NCBI GenBank assembly: GCA_963765765.1
Contig: CAVXYC010000018.1
Coordinates: 32,001-96,000, forward strand
Length of the DNA stretch: 64,000 nt
DNA from: an uncultured Chloroflexia bacterium
GTDB taxonomy: Bacteria > Chloroflexota > UBA6077 > JACCZL01
Direction: 5' to 3'
Shown here: piece by piece, positions 51,616 to 61,707 of the stretch
Layout: every line of letters starts with the position of its first letter
How positions within the stretch are numbered: the first letter of the stretch is position 1
Notes under the pieces: model-generated
Seen by the model: only the letters and a program-made list of their open reading frames with translations
What the model was told of the DNA's origin: nothing
The model's database searches: none
Program-made: the position numbers and the translations under genes

Positions 51616-52776
51616 CTACTTCCCAAACGCCGGCAGCACGTGCTTCCCGAATAGCTCGAGCTGCTCCAGGATGTACTTCTGCGGAGTCCCGACGGCGTGG
51701 CCGATGTTGATCTCCTCACAGCCGGGGAAACGGTCCTGAACTTCCTGGAGCTTCTCGATAATGCGCTCCGGCCGACCCACCAGCCACGAGCCATTCTTCA
51801 CGGCTAGCTCCGGTGTGGGAAGGCCGGCTGCGCGGGCACGCTTCGGATCGGCGGCAGCGTCTACCTGCTCCGGCGTGAGGCCCTTCACGAAGCCGAGCGG
51901 CGCGAACATCTTGACGTTCTCTTCGAAGAACGGTGTGACCTCGCGGATGGCATCCTCCTCGGAGTCAGCGATCCAGACGCTGTAGGTGATGACCAGGTCG
52001 CCACCAAGCTCGGTCTCTCGGCCGTGCTGCGCAAGCGTCTCCTGCCAGGCCTGAACGACCCTGGGGTCCGCTCCGCCGGCCGCGGCGCCACCGCCGATAA
52101 TGCCCTTCATCCCGTGCTTCGCCATGAATGACATGCCCCTCGGGCTGGCGCTCACGATGGGCTGGTAGCAGTCCACTGGCCGTGTGCGCGGACGGGGCAC
52201 CAACGAGAGGTTCTCCAGCTCATAACCGCGATACGGCACACGCGGCGGAAGGGTGTAGTGCTTGCCCTGGTGCGAGAAGGAGCGCTCGTTGAACGCCTTG
52301 AAGATGATCTCGGCTTGCTCCTCAAAGAGCTCGCGATTGAAGTCGGCGTCCAGCATCGGGGCGCCAAATGTCTCCACCTCGCGCGTATGGTAGCCCCGGC
52401 CGATGCCGAACGTAACGCGGCCGCCGGTCAGGATGTCCGCCACCGCGTAATCCTCGGCTAAGCGTAACGGGTGCCACATGGGGTTAATGTTGAAGCCGCA
52501 GCCAAATTTGAGTCGTTCCGTCTGATTGGCCAGGTGCAAGGCCAGCATCAGAATGTTGGGGATGACCTCGTAGCCCTCGCGCTGGAAATGATGCTCGGCC
52601 ATCCAGAGTGTGTAGAAGCCGAGGCGATCCATGGCCTTCGCCATGGCGGTGGTCTTGTCGAAGACTGTGTTGAGGTGCTCGTCAGAGAGCCAGCGATCGT
52701 TGACCGGCGTAGCCTCATAGCCGAGATCTTCGAAGTCCACGTGTCCGGCAAAGAGGCTATCGAATCGCTTGATCAT
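51616..52776 (-). CDS. LLM-class flavin-dependent oxidoreductase
   Basis: MAEHHF, HPLRLAED, GRVTFGIGRG. Confidence 0.93.
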   Translation of the reverse strand: MIKRFDSLFAGHVDFEDLGYEATPVNDRWLSDEHLNTVFDKTTAMAKAMDRLGFYTLWMAEHHFQREGYEVIPNILMLALHLANQTERLKFGCGFNINPMWHPLRLAEDYAVADILTGGRVTFGIGRGYHTREVETFGAPMLDADFNRELFEEQAEIIFKAFNERSFSHQGKHYTLPPRVPYRGYELENLSLVPRPRTRPVDCYQPIVSASPRGMSFMAKHGMKGIIGGGAAAGGADPRVVQAWQETLAQHGRETELGGDLVITYSVWIADSEEDAIREVTPFFEENVKMFAPLGFVKGLTPEQVDAAADPKRARAAGLPTPELAVKNGSWLVGRPERIIEKLQEVQDRFPGCEEINIGHAVGTPQKYILEQLELFGKHVLPAFGK

Positions 52777-52793
52777 ATTGGGAGCCTCCAGCT

Positions 52794-52880
52794 CAGTGAA
52801 GAGTTAAGAGTGCAGCGTGAAAATGCATACCTAGAACATTCGATCAACACTCTTCACTCTGCACTCTTAACTCTTCACTG
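52794..52880. repeat. Inverted repeat built of 7-mer units
   Basis: cagtgaagagttaagagtgcag ... ctgcactcttaactcttcactg; 22-bp perfect arms. Confidence 0.85.
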
Positions 52881-52907
52881 CCCCTACGGGCCATAATTGC
52901 CCCTGTC

Positions 52908-54128
52908 AATGTTCGCCGTTCCCTGGACCCGGTACCTCTTCGTGGTGCTGCTCACGTCAAGCGAGAGCATCGCATACATACTTATCCCGCCGTATTTGCA
53001 GGAGCAGGGCTTTGACTATTCGCTCATTGGCCTACTGGTGGGCATCACCGGCGTGGCATCGCTCGGCTCCAGGTTTCCATCTGGCATGATCTATCGGCGT
53101 CACCGCGCCCAGCTTTTCACCAGCCTGGCATTGGCGCTGGTGGGCGTGTCGTATCTCTGCTACCCGCTAGCGGACAATGTCGGCTGGATCGCGCTCGCCT
53201 TGGGCGCCATTGGCTTTGGCTCGGGAGTGGCCACAACGCTCAACATGGCGATGTTCATGGACGCCATGCCGGCCGGCGCGGACAAGCACAACGCGATGTC
53301 CTTTTATGCAGCCACGATCTCTTTCGGACACTTGCTGGGCGGTCTCATCGGCGGGAATGCGGCGGATGCGTTCGGCTTCATTCCCTCGTTTCAGCTCGCC
53401 GCGGGATCCACCCTCGCAGCCATCGGCATTCTCTGGCTGGATCGCCTTCCCGCCGTATCCATCACCCGGCGGCGCATCACGCCCGCGGTTCCCAGCACGC
53501 GAGTCGACGCGATCGCTTCGTCGCGCTCATGCGCGTCTTTGCCGAACCGAAGATGGTGGTCATCTCCACCGTTGCGTTCTTGCTGAACTTCCTGCACGGC
53601 ATCGTCACCACGTTCTTCCCACTGTACGGCCTCGCGGCCGGCATGTCGCTCTCTGAGATAGCCTGGCTCAAGAGCGCACATTCACTCACCAACACATTTG
53701 CCCGGCCCGTAGCGGGAACGCCTATCCGATGGTTGGGAGCGGATCGCGCTTCCTACATCAGTCTGGCGCTGCTTGCGGGACTCATCACGTTGCTGCCCGG
53801 CCAGAATCAGTTCTGGATATTCGCCGCGCTGCTGGCGGGCATTGGTTTGATGCGCGCAATTGTCATGGTGGCTAATACCGTATCCATGGCAGACATGGAC
53901 GAATCGCGGATCAGTCGCGGCACAGCATCAGGCTTCTATCACTCCAGTAAGGACATGGGCAGCTTGAGCAGCCCTGCTATATGCGGCGCGCTGGCCTCCG
54001 CGGTTGGGTTGGGAACGATGCTAGTTGCGGCTCCAGTGGCCGCCACGGGTATCTTCTTCGGGATGGTAGGGCTGATGAGTCGCCGCAGGCTGGCGCGGCT
54101 GGAGAAGCCGGAGCCATTAACGACGTAG
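52908..54128 (+). CDS. MFS transporter (frameshift near 53500)
   Basis: Two overlapping hydrophobic ORFs, each with about 6 TM segments. Confidence 0.8.
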
Positions 54129-54204
54129 AGGTCCTCGGGCACATTGGGACACCTTATGCGGGTACGTCGCAGATACTATGAATGCGTTCGAGCGAGGAGG
54201 GAAC

Positions 54205-55350
54205 ATGGTTGACACGGCCGGTGAGAAGAAGGTGAAAGCTCCGCTGCAGCAACGCGATCTCCAGCCGCGCTACCTCTATGACGAGTGGATGGAGTCGCAG
54301 GGCGTCCCAGTAGTCAAGGGCTACTACGTGGAGGACTTGCGCAACGTGGAGGTGGGCTGGTGGGAAGCGCGCCAGTGTAACGCCGCCTTCATCCAACTCA
54401 TGGGCTCAGAGGGCGTCAATGAGGTCCGCATCACCGAGATTGGCCCGGGAAAAAGCTTGCCTTCCTTCCAGTTTGCGCTGGACGAGATCTGCTACGTAGC
54501 CGCCGGCAATGGTGTGACCACCGTCTGGGAGAGTGACGGCGCCAAGCCACAGACCTTTGAGTGGCAGCCGCATTCCATGTTCATGATCCCGCGTAATTGG
54601 AAGCACCAGCACGTCAATATGCGCGGCGATCAGTCCGCCCGGATCATGCACTACAACTACCTTCCCATGGCGCTCTGCCTGGTCCGCGACCCGGAGTTCT
54701 TCTTCAACAATCCTTACCAGGAGAGCGCGGCCGTAGCTGCCCAGCGCGAGTTCTACTCTGAAGCCAAGATGGAGGCGGACTGGGAAAAGAGCTGGAGGGC
54801 GCGCGGCGCCTACTGGTACGGCAACTTCTTCCCGGACATGCGCGCCTGGGACCAGCTTGTGCCGCACAAAGGCCGTGGCGCGGGCGGTCATCGGTTGGAC
54901 CTGCAATTCCCCAGCTCAGACATGTCCGGCCATATGTCCGTGTTTCCCCCGCTTACCTATAAGAAGGGTCACCGTCACGGACCAGGCCGAGCCATAATCA
55001 TCCCCAAAGGCGAGGGCTACTCGGTCATGTGGCCTGAGGGCTCGGAGAAGATCGTCATCCCGTGGCATGAGCTGAGCATGTTCACTCCGCCCGACCGCTG
55101 GTTCCATCAGCACTTCAACACCGGTGCGGAGCCGGCGCGCTACCTGGCGCTGCATCCACTGCCGCAGTTCTCCGGTCACGCCGAAAAGGTCGAAGACCGG
55201 GCGAAGGACATGTTCGAGTACCCGGATGAAGATCCCTGGATTCGTCAGAAGTTCGAAGAGGAGCTCGGCAAGAAGGGCCTGAAATCGCTCATGCCCGAAG
55301 AGGCGTACCAGAATCGCGACTACGTGTGGGCTTATAAGGAAGACGAATAA
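54205..55350 (+). CDS. Long bicupin protein, paralog 3
   Basis: YDEWM..QGVP, FEWQ, YKKGHRHGPG, WFHQHFN, YPDEDP; GAGGAGG RBS. Confidence 0.9.
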   Translation: MVDTAGEKKVKAPLQQRDLQPRYLYDEWMESQGVPVVKGYYVEDLRNVEVGWWEARQCNAAFIQLMGSEGVNEVRITEIGPGKSLPSFQFALDEICYVAAGNGVTTVWESDGAKPQTFEWQPHSMFMIPRNWKHQHVNMRGDQSARIMHYNYLPMALCLVRDPEFFFNNPYQESAAVAAQREFYSEAKMEADWEKSWRARGAYWYGNFFPDMRAWDQLVPHKGRGAGGHRLDLQFPSSDMSGHMSVFPPLTYKKGHRHGPGRAIIIPKGEGYSVMWPEGSEKIVIPWHELSMFTPPDRWFHQHFNTGAEPARYLALHPLPQFSGHAEKVEDRAKDMFEYPDEDPWIRQKFEEELGKKGLKSLMPEEAYQNRDYVWAYKEDE

Positions 55351-55605
55351 CCGCCGCCCGGTGGGAAGGACATCAGTGCGCCGTGTGGCCGCGGGCAGCC
55401 TACCCCTTCCGAAACTGGGGATCGGGCGGACGAGATCCAACTGCGCTCGCATGAACACAGGCAACCAACCTGCCTAACGCATCGGTTCACCGCCTCAGTT
55501 CAGCGCCACCGTTCACGGTGGCGCCCCGCATGGGACAATAATCACGCGGGCCAATCGGCGAGACCGCTGCCAACAGCTGCTCGACACCGATATAAGCCAG
55601 CCGAT

Positions 55606-56712
55606 CTAATGGATGATCGGCTGGCTAGTGATCCAAGCGTCGCGCCACATGTGGCGAGCGTTACTTGCGAGCTCCTCGAAGAGGTAAATTCCGCCGTCGA
55701 CATTTGCGAAGAAGAGAAGACCTCGGCTCGTGTGCTGCACTGCGACGCCAGAAATGGGGCTGAGCTCATCCTCTAGCGGGTCGCCTAGCAGGTCCGGTTC
55801 CAGGCGCGCCCACCGCTCGAAGCCGAACTGGAACCGGGGCTCCGTCGGCTCAGTCCCGGGTAGCGTCTGCGGTCCGCCACACCGGCGCTGGAACTCCCGG
55901 CAGGCATCCCGCCAATGGCCGTTCTCCTCGACGAGACCGAAGGCTCCCTCGCCCGGGATCCCAATGCGGTCCTTCCAGGCGAAGTAGCAGAAAAACTCCA
56001 CTACATCCTGGGGCAGGCGGGCCATGAGCCCGAATAGCCGCCGTACGTACTCAGCCTGGCCGCTTTGACCTCCGGCTTCTCCAACTTTTACTCCGAGCTC
56101 CGTGAGGACCAGCGGCCGGCCGGCCAGCCCCCGCGCCCGGGCAACCGCTTCGGCAAGCTCTCCCCAGTCCTCATGCGCGGGGTGGCCGTCGATCTTCTGT
56201 CCGTATGGGTGAAATGCCTGAAAATCGGCTGCGTCACCCATCGCGCCAGTCATGGCTTCCAGGTACTCCTGCCAGCGCCCACTGGCGACCGATGGCGCGA
56301 TCACTCGCATGTTCGCATCGCGAAGGTGAGGTGCGGCGTCGAGAACCAGCTGGGCGGCGAATTCCGGGGTCAGCAACGGATTGGGCTCGTGGCCTTCAGG
56401 CGGCTGCCAGTGCCAGATGTCAAGCTCGTTCGCGCACTCTACGGCGTGGACCCGTCCGGAGAACCGTTGGGCGAAGTCCGCAATGGTCGCTTGCCAGCCA
56501 CTGAAGTCGCCTCCAATTCCTATCGTTTGGCCCTCCAGGAGGACGCACAGCTTCACCGATGACGGCCATGGAGACGCGCCGAGCTCCCGATCGAACTGGT
56601 CGATGTCCTTGACAAGGCAGCGGATCCAGCCGTTGAGCAATCCGAGGTTCGCCAGATCCTCCGCGGTTGGCAGGGTCGTTTGGTTGATGACCAGGCCTGC
56701 CCTCAAATGCAT
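55606..56712 (-). CDS. Clan GH-A-like glycoside hydrolase with a C-terminal LGFP-like repeat
   Basis: ANE acid/base, FHPY, LTELG nucleophile, FAW, FGL; tail F.FGF...LGDPL..E...Q..RG. Confidence 0.75.
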   Translation of the reverse strand: MHLRAGLVINQTTLPTAEDLANLGLLNGWIRCLVKDIDQFDRELGASPWPSSVKLCVLLEGQTIGIGGDFSGWQATIADFAQRFSGRVHAVECANELDIWHWQPPEGHEPNPLLTPEFAAQLVLDAAPHLRDANMRVIAPSVASGRWQEYLEAMTGAMGDAADFQAFHPYGQKIDGHPAHEDWGELAEAVARARGLAGRPLVLTELGVKVGEAGGQSGQAEYVRRLFGLMARLPQDVVEFFCYFAWKDRIGIPGEGAFGLVEENGHWRDACREFQRRCGGPQTLPGTEPTEPRFQFGFERWARLEPDLLGDPLEDELSPISGVAVQHTSRGLLFFANVDGGIYLFEELASNARHMWRDAWITSQPIIH

Positions 56713-56749
56713 GCGGACTTCTCCTTCCAGAGCTCTGCTCGGCCCGCCG

Positions 56750-57823
56750 TCAGCCGCCCCACACCCACGGCTCTATCCACACGTTCCCACTACCGCCGCG
56801 ATGGCCCCGGTTGATATTGCCATCGGTGGCAATGGCCAGATGGAGGTGCGGCTCGGTACCTCCGCCCGACGCATAGCCGCCGGGCCCGGTCCCGGTACTA
56901 CCGACGCGTCCGATGAGCTGACCTCGCTCCACGCGCCCCGCCGTGAAGGGCACCGAGCCGTGCGCCAGGTAGTACGTCCGGCCGTCGTCGCCCTGGATCG
57001 TCGTCGCATAGCCACCGAATCGGAAGAGGGCGGAATTTGAATGCCCACTGCATGGTGCGTAGATGGGCGTACCCTCCGGGGCAAAGATATCAGCGGCCGG
57101 GGAACCGCCGTGGGTACCCTGATCGGTGCAGTACGCCGAGATGGCGTGCTCAATGACTTGACCGTGGCGCATGGCGGGTGCCCCAGCCGCATCTCGCACC
57201 GCTCCTCGCACCGCTCCCAGTGCCTCGAATCGCCGCACCATGCAAATAAATCGATCCCACCCATTCATTCCGCCGTTGACCAAGGTGCGGACGCGTACCC
57301 AGTCGCCCTGTGCCGCCGCGCGGGGAATGTTGCGGTCGCGGAAGTAATCAAGCAGCACAGGGACGGCAACCTCGGGCAGCATGGCCAAATCAGGCGATTC
57401 TTCGAGTGGTAGGCCGAGTTTCCCGCCATAGCTTCGATAATTTGCTCGCCCCGTCAGTTGGATAAACCCGCGGCCACAGAACTTTGCCCCATCACCCGGC
57501 CGCGTATTCCCCAGGTCCGCGCGGTTCTCGTAGTGTTGGGTGAAATAGCCGATATCGCCGATCTCCCGGATCGGGCGGAACGAGGAAGTCTCGACGCCAA
57601 TCGTCGCGAGCACGGCGATCACGCAGCTCAGGTCGTCAATGCCTCGGGTCCGTAATTCAGCCTCGATCGACGGCCAATACAGCGCGACATCAGTCGGCGA
57701 GCACGCGTTTCCGCCCCACGCTTCGTTAATGACTTGAGCGATCTCGCCGGGTGAAAACCATGTGGCCGCCACTTGCGGGGCGGTCCGTCGGCGCTGCTGT
57801 TGAGCAATGACCGCGGCGCTCAT
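56750..57823 (-). CDS. GH19/lysozyme-like domain fused to an M23 peptidase domain
   Basis: LAT..VET, LGN..PGDG..F.GRGFIQLTGRANY, VNGG.NG..DR; H....AD, YYLAH, PHLH; ATGA overlap. Confidence 0.88.
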   Translation of the reverse strand: MSAAVIAQQQRRRTAPQVAATWFSPGEIAQVINEAWGGNACSPTDVALYWPSIEAELRTRGIDDLSCVIAVLATIGVETSSFRPIREIGDIGYFTQHYENRADLGNTRPGDGAKFCGRGFIQLTGRANYRSYGGKLGLPLEESPDLAMLPEVAVPVLLDYFRDRNIPRAAAQGDWVRVRTLVNGGMNGWDRFICMVRRFEALGAVRGAVRDAAGAPAMRHGQVIEHAISAYCTDQGTHGGSPAADIFAPEGTPIYAPCSGHSNSALFRFGGYATTIQGDDGRTYYLAHGSVPFTAGRVERGQLIGRVGSTGTGPGGYASGGGTEPHLHLAIATDGNINRGHRGGSGNVWIEPWVWGG

Positions 57824-58062
57824 AGAGCTTCCGGGCCATTCGGTGTCCACTTCACTATCCCATTTGCGAACGCCTGGTAAACGAGCTCACCATCGACGTG
57901 CTCCTGGCCGACCGGAGACCCAAGCTCCTTCCAGTGCTCCAGCCAGTACTTGTAAATCCCGGCTTCGGGATTGAGAACAAGCTGCTGTTCCGTCCGCACT
58001 GCGAACCATACGTCCCGAAGCGCTTGCTCAAGTCCGGCTTCCATCATCGTCCTCCCTGACAA
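57820..58062 (-). CDS. Small protein with a single LGFP-like repeat
   Basis: GIYKYW...LGSPVGQE...YQAFANGIVKW; translationally coupled to the GH19-M23 gene. Confidence 0.75.
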   Translation of the reverse strand: MSGRTMMEAGLEQALRDVWFAVRTEQQLVLNPEAGIYKYWLEHWKELGSPVGQEHVDGELVYQAFANGIVKWTPNGPEAL

Positions 58063-58315
58063 TCCCGCAACGCGACTCCGCTCAGGCCCTGACGCAGCCC
58101 CTCGCCGTATCCGCTATGAGCGGCGCTCGAGCTCGGACCGTCCAAAACTTTCACCCAAATTGCCAAAAGTGGCTCAGTCTAGCACCAAAAAATCGCCGCA
58201 ACAATAGGTCAATTGGCCGAGTGCGAAACCAAATCGTTGTCGACAATTGCAGGGTGGCCGACCAGGGCGCTACCCGGGAGATCGCTCGCCGTTGGGAGAT
58301 TCGCCGTACGGTCGA

Positions 58316-58612
58316 CTACGGCCGCGGCACAGGCACATGATCCAGCGGCGGGTTGACGAAACCGGCGCCATCGGCTCCTTCGCAGGCAATCCCGTTGCGG
58401 CTGCGATCGATGTTCAGCGGATCGGCCGGATTTGCGCGTAGGTACGCTTGCGCGGCAGCATGGTTCGGGAACCTTGAGCAGGCAGCGCCGGGAGCTGCTC
58501 CTGCTGGAGCTTCCGCGCTGGCGGCAGACCTCTGGATAGTCGCGCTCGATCCAGCAGGGGGAAGCGTCCAGACACTGACGCATATGTCTATCGTTGGCGT
58601 GTTCGCAACGAC
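58316..58612 (-). pseudogene. Excalibur-like calcium-binding domain fragment without a start codon
   Basis: Manual translation: CSRFPNHAAAQAYLRANPADPLNIDRSRNGIACE; bounded upstream by in-frame TAG 58613-58615; absent from the ORF track. Confidence 0.65.
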
Positions 58613-58678
58613 CTACCCGGGGCCAGGGATCAATCGTTCGACTAGTGATGGTTCGACTAGTCGGTGAGTGCGAACGAC

Positions 58679-59635
58679 TCAGCGAGATCCAACAGGCGAA
58701 CCTTCCGAAACCTCAGTCACCGTAAAGCTGCTCCACTGCCACTGCAGGAAAAAGCTCTTCACGCTGTTCACTTTGTCTGGCAGCCTGCGATTGGTGTGAA
58801 CAAGGTGCCAGACCTGCCGAGCAGGGAATCCCTCGACGCGCAGCAGCGAGAGCTGTTCCGCGGCGATGCGGCGAACCGCGGTGGGATAAGCGATCGCGGT
58901 GATGCCGTATCCGTGCAGCACGGCCTGCATGACCGAATCAGCGTCATCGAGCTCGAGGACATCCTGGATCTGTATCCCGTTCTGCCCCGCCAGGTCATCC
59001 AGGACACGGCGTCCCGCGTTTGGCGCAACCGGCAGCACAAATCGTTCACCTCGCAACGAGCTGAATGCATGCACCGGCCCGCTGGACAATGGGTGTCCAG
59101 GTGGCCCCACAAGGACAAGATCGAACCATACAAATGGCACCGCCTGAATGCCTGGATCTTCGGGCGCCCACGAGACCACGCCAAGATCCAGGCTCCCGTT
59201 GCGCACGCCCTCGAGAATTGCCGGCCGAAGGGCAACGGAAACCTGCAGGTCAATGTCAGGATAGGCTCGCTGAAACGCCATGTGGGACGGCGCCAGGAAA
59301 TAGCCGAAGAATGACGATCCTGTCCCTAAGCGGATGGCTTGCCGCCCACCTTGCCTCAGTGTCTCGAGCTGGGACAGCCCAACGTCAAAAGCGCCAAAGA
59401 CTTCGTCGCAGGTTCTGACGAGAATCTTCCCACCCTCAGTCAGCTCAACACCGCGGCGGCCGCTGCTGCGCTCGAAAAGCCGCAGCCGCAGTGTTTGTTC
59501 GAGATTCTTGATGTGCCCCGAGACTGATGGGGCCGCGATGGAGAGCGCCTCTGCAGCGCGCTGGAAGCTGCCGTGTCGCGCCGCGGCCGCGAACACTTTG
59601 AGCTGGTACAGAGTGATCGAGGACAGATAGTCCAC
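58679..59635 (-). CDS. LysR-family transcriptional regulator
   Basis: TL.QL.VF, SF..AA..L, VS.HIK.LE, LTEGG. Confidence 0.93.
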   Translation of the reverse strand: MDYLSSITLYQLKVFAAAARHGSFQRAAEALSIAAPSVSGHIKNLEQTLRLRLFERSSGRRGVELTEGGKILVRTCDEVFGAFDVGLSQLETLRQGGRQAIRLGTGSSFFGYFLAPSHMAFQRAYPDIDLQVSVALRPAILEGVRNGSLDLGVVSWAPEDPGIQAVPFVWFDLVLVGPPGHPLSSGPVHAFSSLRGERFVLPVAPNAGRRVLDDLAGQNGIQIQDVLELDDADSVMQAVLHGYGITAIAYPTAVRRIAAEQLSLLRVEGFPARQVWHLVHTNRRLPDKVNSVKSFFLQWQWSSFTVTEVSEGSPVGSR

Positions 59636-60004
59636 TGCGGATCCTCACACGGGTCAGGCTCGAGCAGAAGCTTCCTGTCTCATTCTTGAGCGCCGCGGAC
59701 GTGTTGAGCAATGACTTCCGCATCGAATGACCTCTCAGACCCCCCAAAATGGCCCGCTCGGATCCCGCGCATTGGCTCTGGATTACTTCGGAGAAAGTCG
59801 ATGTTTTTGTTCGGCAGATTGCGAGCGCACGCTGGCCCGACCACCGGTAGCCTATCGAGGGATCTGGGCCGAGGGCGAAGCGCCAGCTTCGATGTGCACA
59901 CGGCGATACGAGAGATTGGCGGATCAGAAGATTGCCCGAGCGAGATCTTCGGGCCGCTGGCGAATAGCGGTTGCCTCCAGCAACGGACTGGATAGGAGGA
60001 CCAT

Positions 60005-61201
60005 GTGACCAACACGGAGCTCAGCCGTCGCGCCTTTTTGCGATCAGCTAGCCTGGCCGGCGCCGCTGCACTTGCATCGGCCTGCGCGCCTGCGGCGACG
60101 GCGCCATCGCCTACCGCGAAGGCGCCCGCGACGGCAGCAAGCGCCCCAGCCACGACCGCGGCGGCTCCAGCGGCCCCCACCGTGGTGAGCTCGCAACCGC
60201 CAGCCTGGCAAAAGGAATGGGATGACCTGGTAACGGCCGCCCGCAAGGAAGGCCAGGTGGTTTACGACATTACGCGGTCAAACCAGGGTGCTAAGGAAGC
60301 AATCGCCGACTTCAAGAAATCCTTCCCGGGCATCGAGGTGGAGCAGACTACATCCGCGTCAGCCTCCCCCTTCGCGGAGCAGGTGAGACGTGAGCAGCAA
60401 GCCGGCATCTACAACTGGGACGCGTACATCGGAGGCAGTCTGACTACCGTCTACGCCGATGGCTCCGTTGCGCCCATCAAACCAGTGTTTACGCGGCCCG
60501 ACGTTCTGGACAACTCGCTCTGGCGCGATGGTTTCGATGCCGGTTGGGTGGACCCAGAGAAGCAGTGGGGATACCTTTTCCAGCTCCACATCGAGCCGGG
60601 GTTCTGGATTGACAAGAACCAGGTCAACCCGGACGAGATCAAGAGTCCCACCGATCTGCTCAGCCCGAAATGGAAGGGCAAGATTCTGATGGCTGACCCG
60701 CGAATCAACGGGTACGGATCAGTGCCAACAACGGCGTTTCGATTGAAATACGGTGAGGATGCCTTTGTGAAGCTCCTGAAGGAGCAGGATGTGGCGCTAA
60801 ATCGCGACACGCGTCAGATCACCGAGTGGATGATTCGCGGTCAATATGCCATTGGCTTCGGGGTGGTCCAGACCATCCTGGACGAATTCAAGCTGGAGAA
60901 TCTGGGCAACAACCTACAGCCAATGCCGATGCTAGGCATCGATCTGGCCAAGCCGATCTGGCTTCCCAAGCAAGTGCCACACCCCAATGCCGCCAAGGTC
61001 TTCATCAATTGGTTGATGACCAAGGATGGACAAGAGGCCTGGTGCAAGGCGGTTGGCACTAACAGTCGTCGGACGGACGTGCCGGTGATTGCCCCGGCCT
61101 TCTATCCGAAAGATGGAATGGAGTTTCACTCCAGCAACGATGAAAAGGGAGCCGCCGAAACCCAAAAAACGCAGGATATCGCGAAAGAGATCATTGTCTA
61201 G
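60005..61201 (+). CDS. ABC-type solute-binding lipoprotein (Tat signal, Ala/Pro linker)
   Basis: SRRAFL, ASAC lipobox, AARKEG, DLL.PKWKGKI, PHPNAAKVFINW. Confidence 0.92.
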   Translation: MTNTELSRRAFLRSASLAGAAALASACAPAATAPSPTAKAPATAASAPATTAAAPAAPTVVSSQPPAWQKEWDDLVTAARKEGQVVYDITRSNQGAKEAIADFKKSFPGIEVEQTTSASASPFAEQVRREQQAGIYNWDAYIGGSLTTVYADGSVAPIKPVFTRPDVLDNSLWRDGFDAGWVDPEKQWGYLFQLHIEPGFWIDKNQVNPDEIKSPTDLLSPKWKGKILMADPRINGYGSVPTTAFRLKYGEDAFVKLLKEQDVALNRDTRQITEWMIRGQYAIGFGVVQTILDEFKLENLGNNLQPMPMLGIDLAKPIWLPKQVPHPNAAKVFINWLMTKDGQEAWCKAVGTNSRRTDVPVIAPAFYPKDGMEFHSSNDEKGAAETQKTQDIAKEIIV

Positions 61202-61227
61202 GACCAACTCTCTAAGGGGATGACACC

Positions 61228-61707
61228 ATGGCCATTGAAACCGAGCCCAAGGCTCAGACATTCACGCTCAAGACGCCGCTGCTGTCCAAGGGAGCGAGCA
61301 ACAACGTGGTCGTCGACTCTGATCTGCTCTGGATCTGGGTCAAAGTCTATGCAGAGGGTGGCGAGAACTTTCTTCACAAGCATGTGACCGAGGATCACGC
61401 CTTTGTGGTCCTGGACGGTCAGGCGACGTTCCACGATAAGGATGAGAACCTCACAGTGCTCAACAAGTACGACGGCATATTCATGCCACGCGGGACGTTC
61501 TACTCATTCACCAGCACCGGCGATGGTCCGTTGGTCCTGCTGCGCGCGGGCGCGGGCAAGGACGGAACCGGCTACTCAGAGAATCGCGAGTGGTTCCCGG
61601 GTGTGGTCGATACACGCATTGCCGCTGGTGAGCGACCCATTCAGATCCCGGGCAAGTTCTTCGGAGTCAACACCGATGCCAGGCTGATACCACCGCGTAC
61701 CCACTGA
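61228..61707 (+). CDS. Cupin domain protein (true stop probably near 61687)
   Basis: GGEN.LH.H..EDH.F.VL.G, MPRG..Y.F. Confidence 0.88.
   Translation: MAIETEPKAQTFTLKTPLLSKGASNNVVVDSDLLWIWVKVYAEGGENFLHKHVTEDHAFVVLDGQATFHDKDENLTVLNKYDGIFMPRGTFYSFTSTGDGPLVLLRAGAGKDGTGYSENREWFPGVVDTRIAAGERPIQIPGKFFGVNTDARLIPPRTH

Noticed and set aside
55606-58062. Prophage
   Set aside because: No integrase, terminase, capsid, tail or holin genes recognised.
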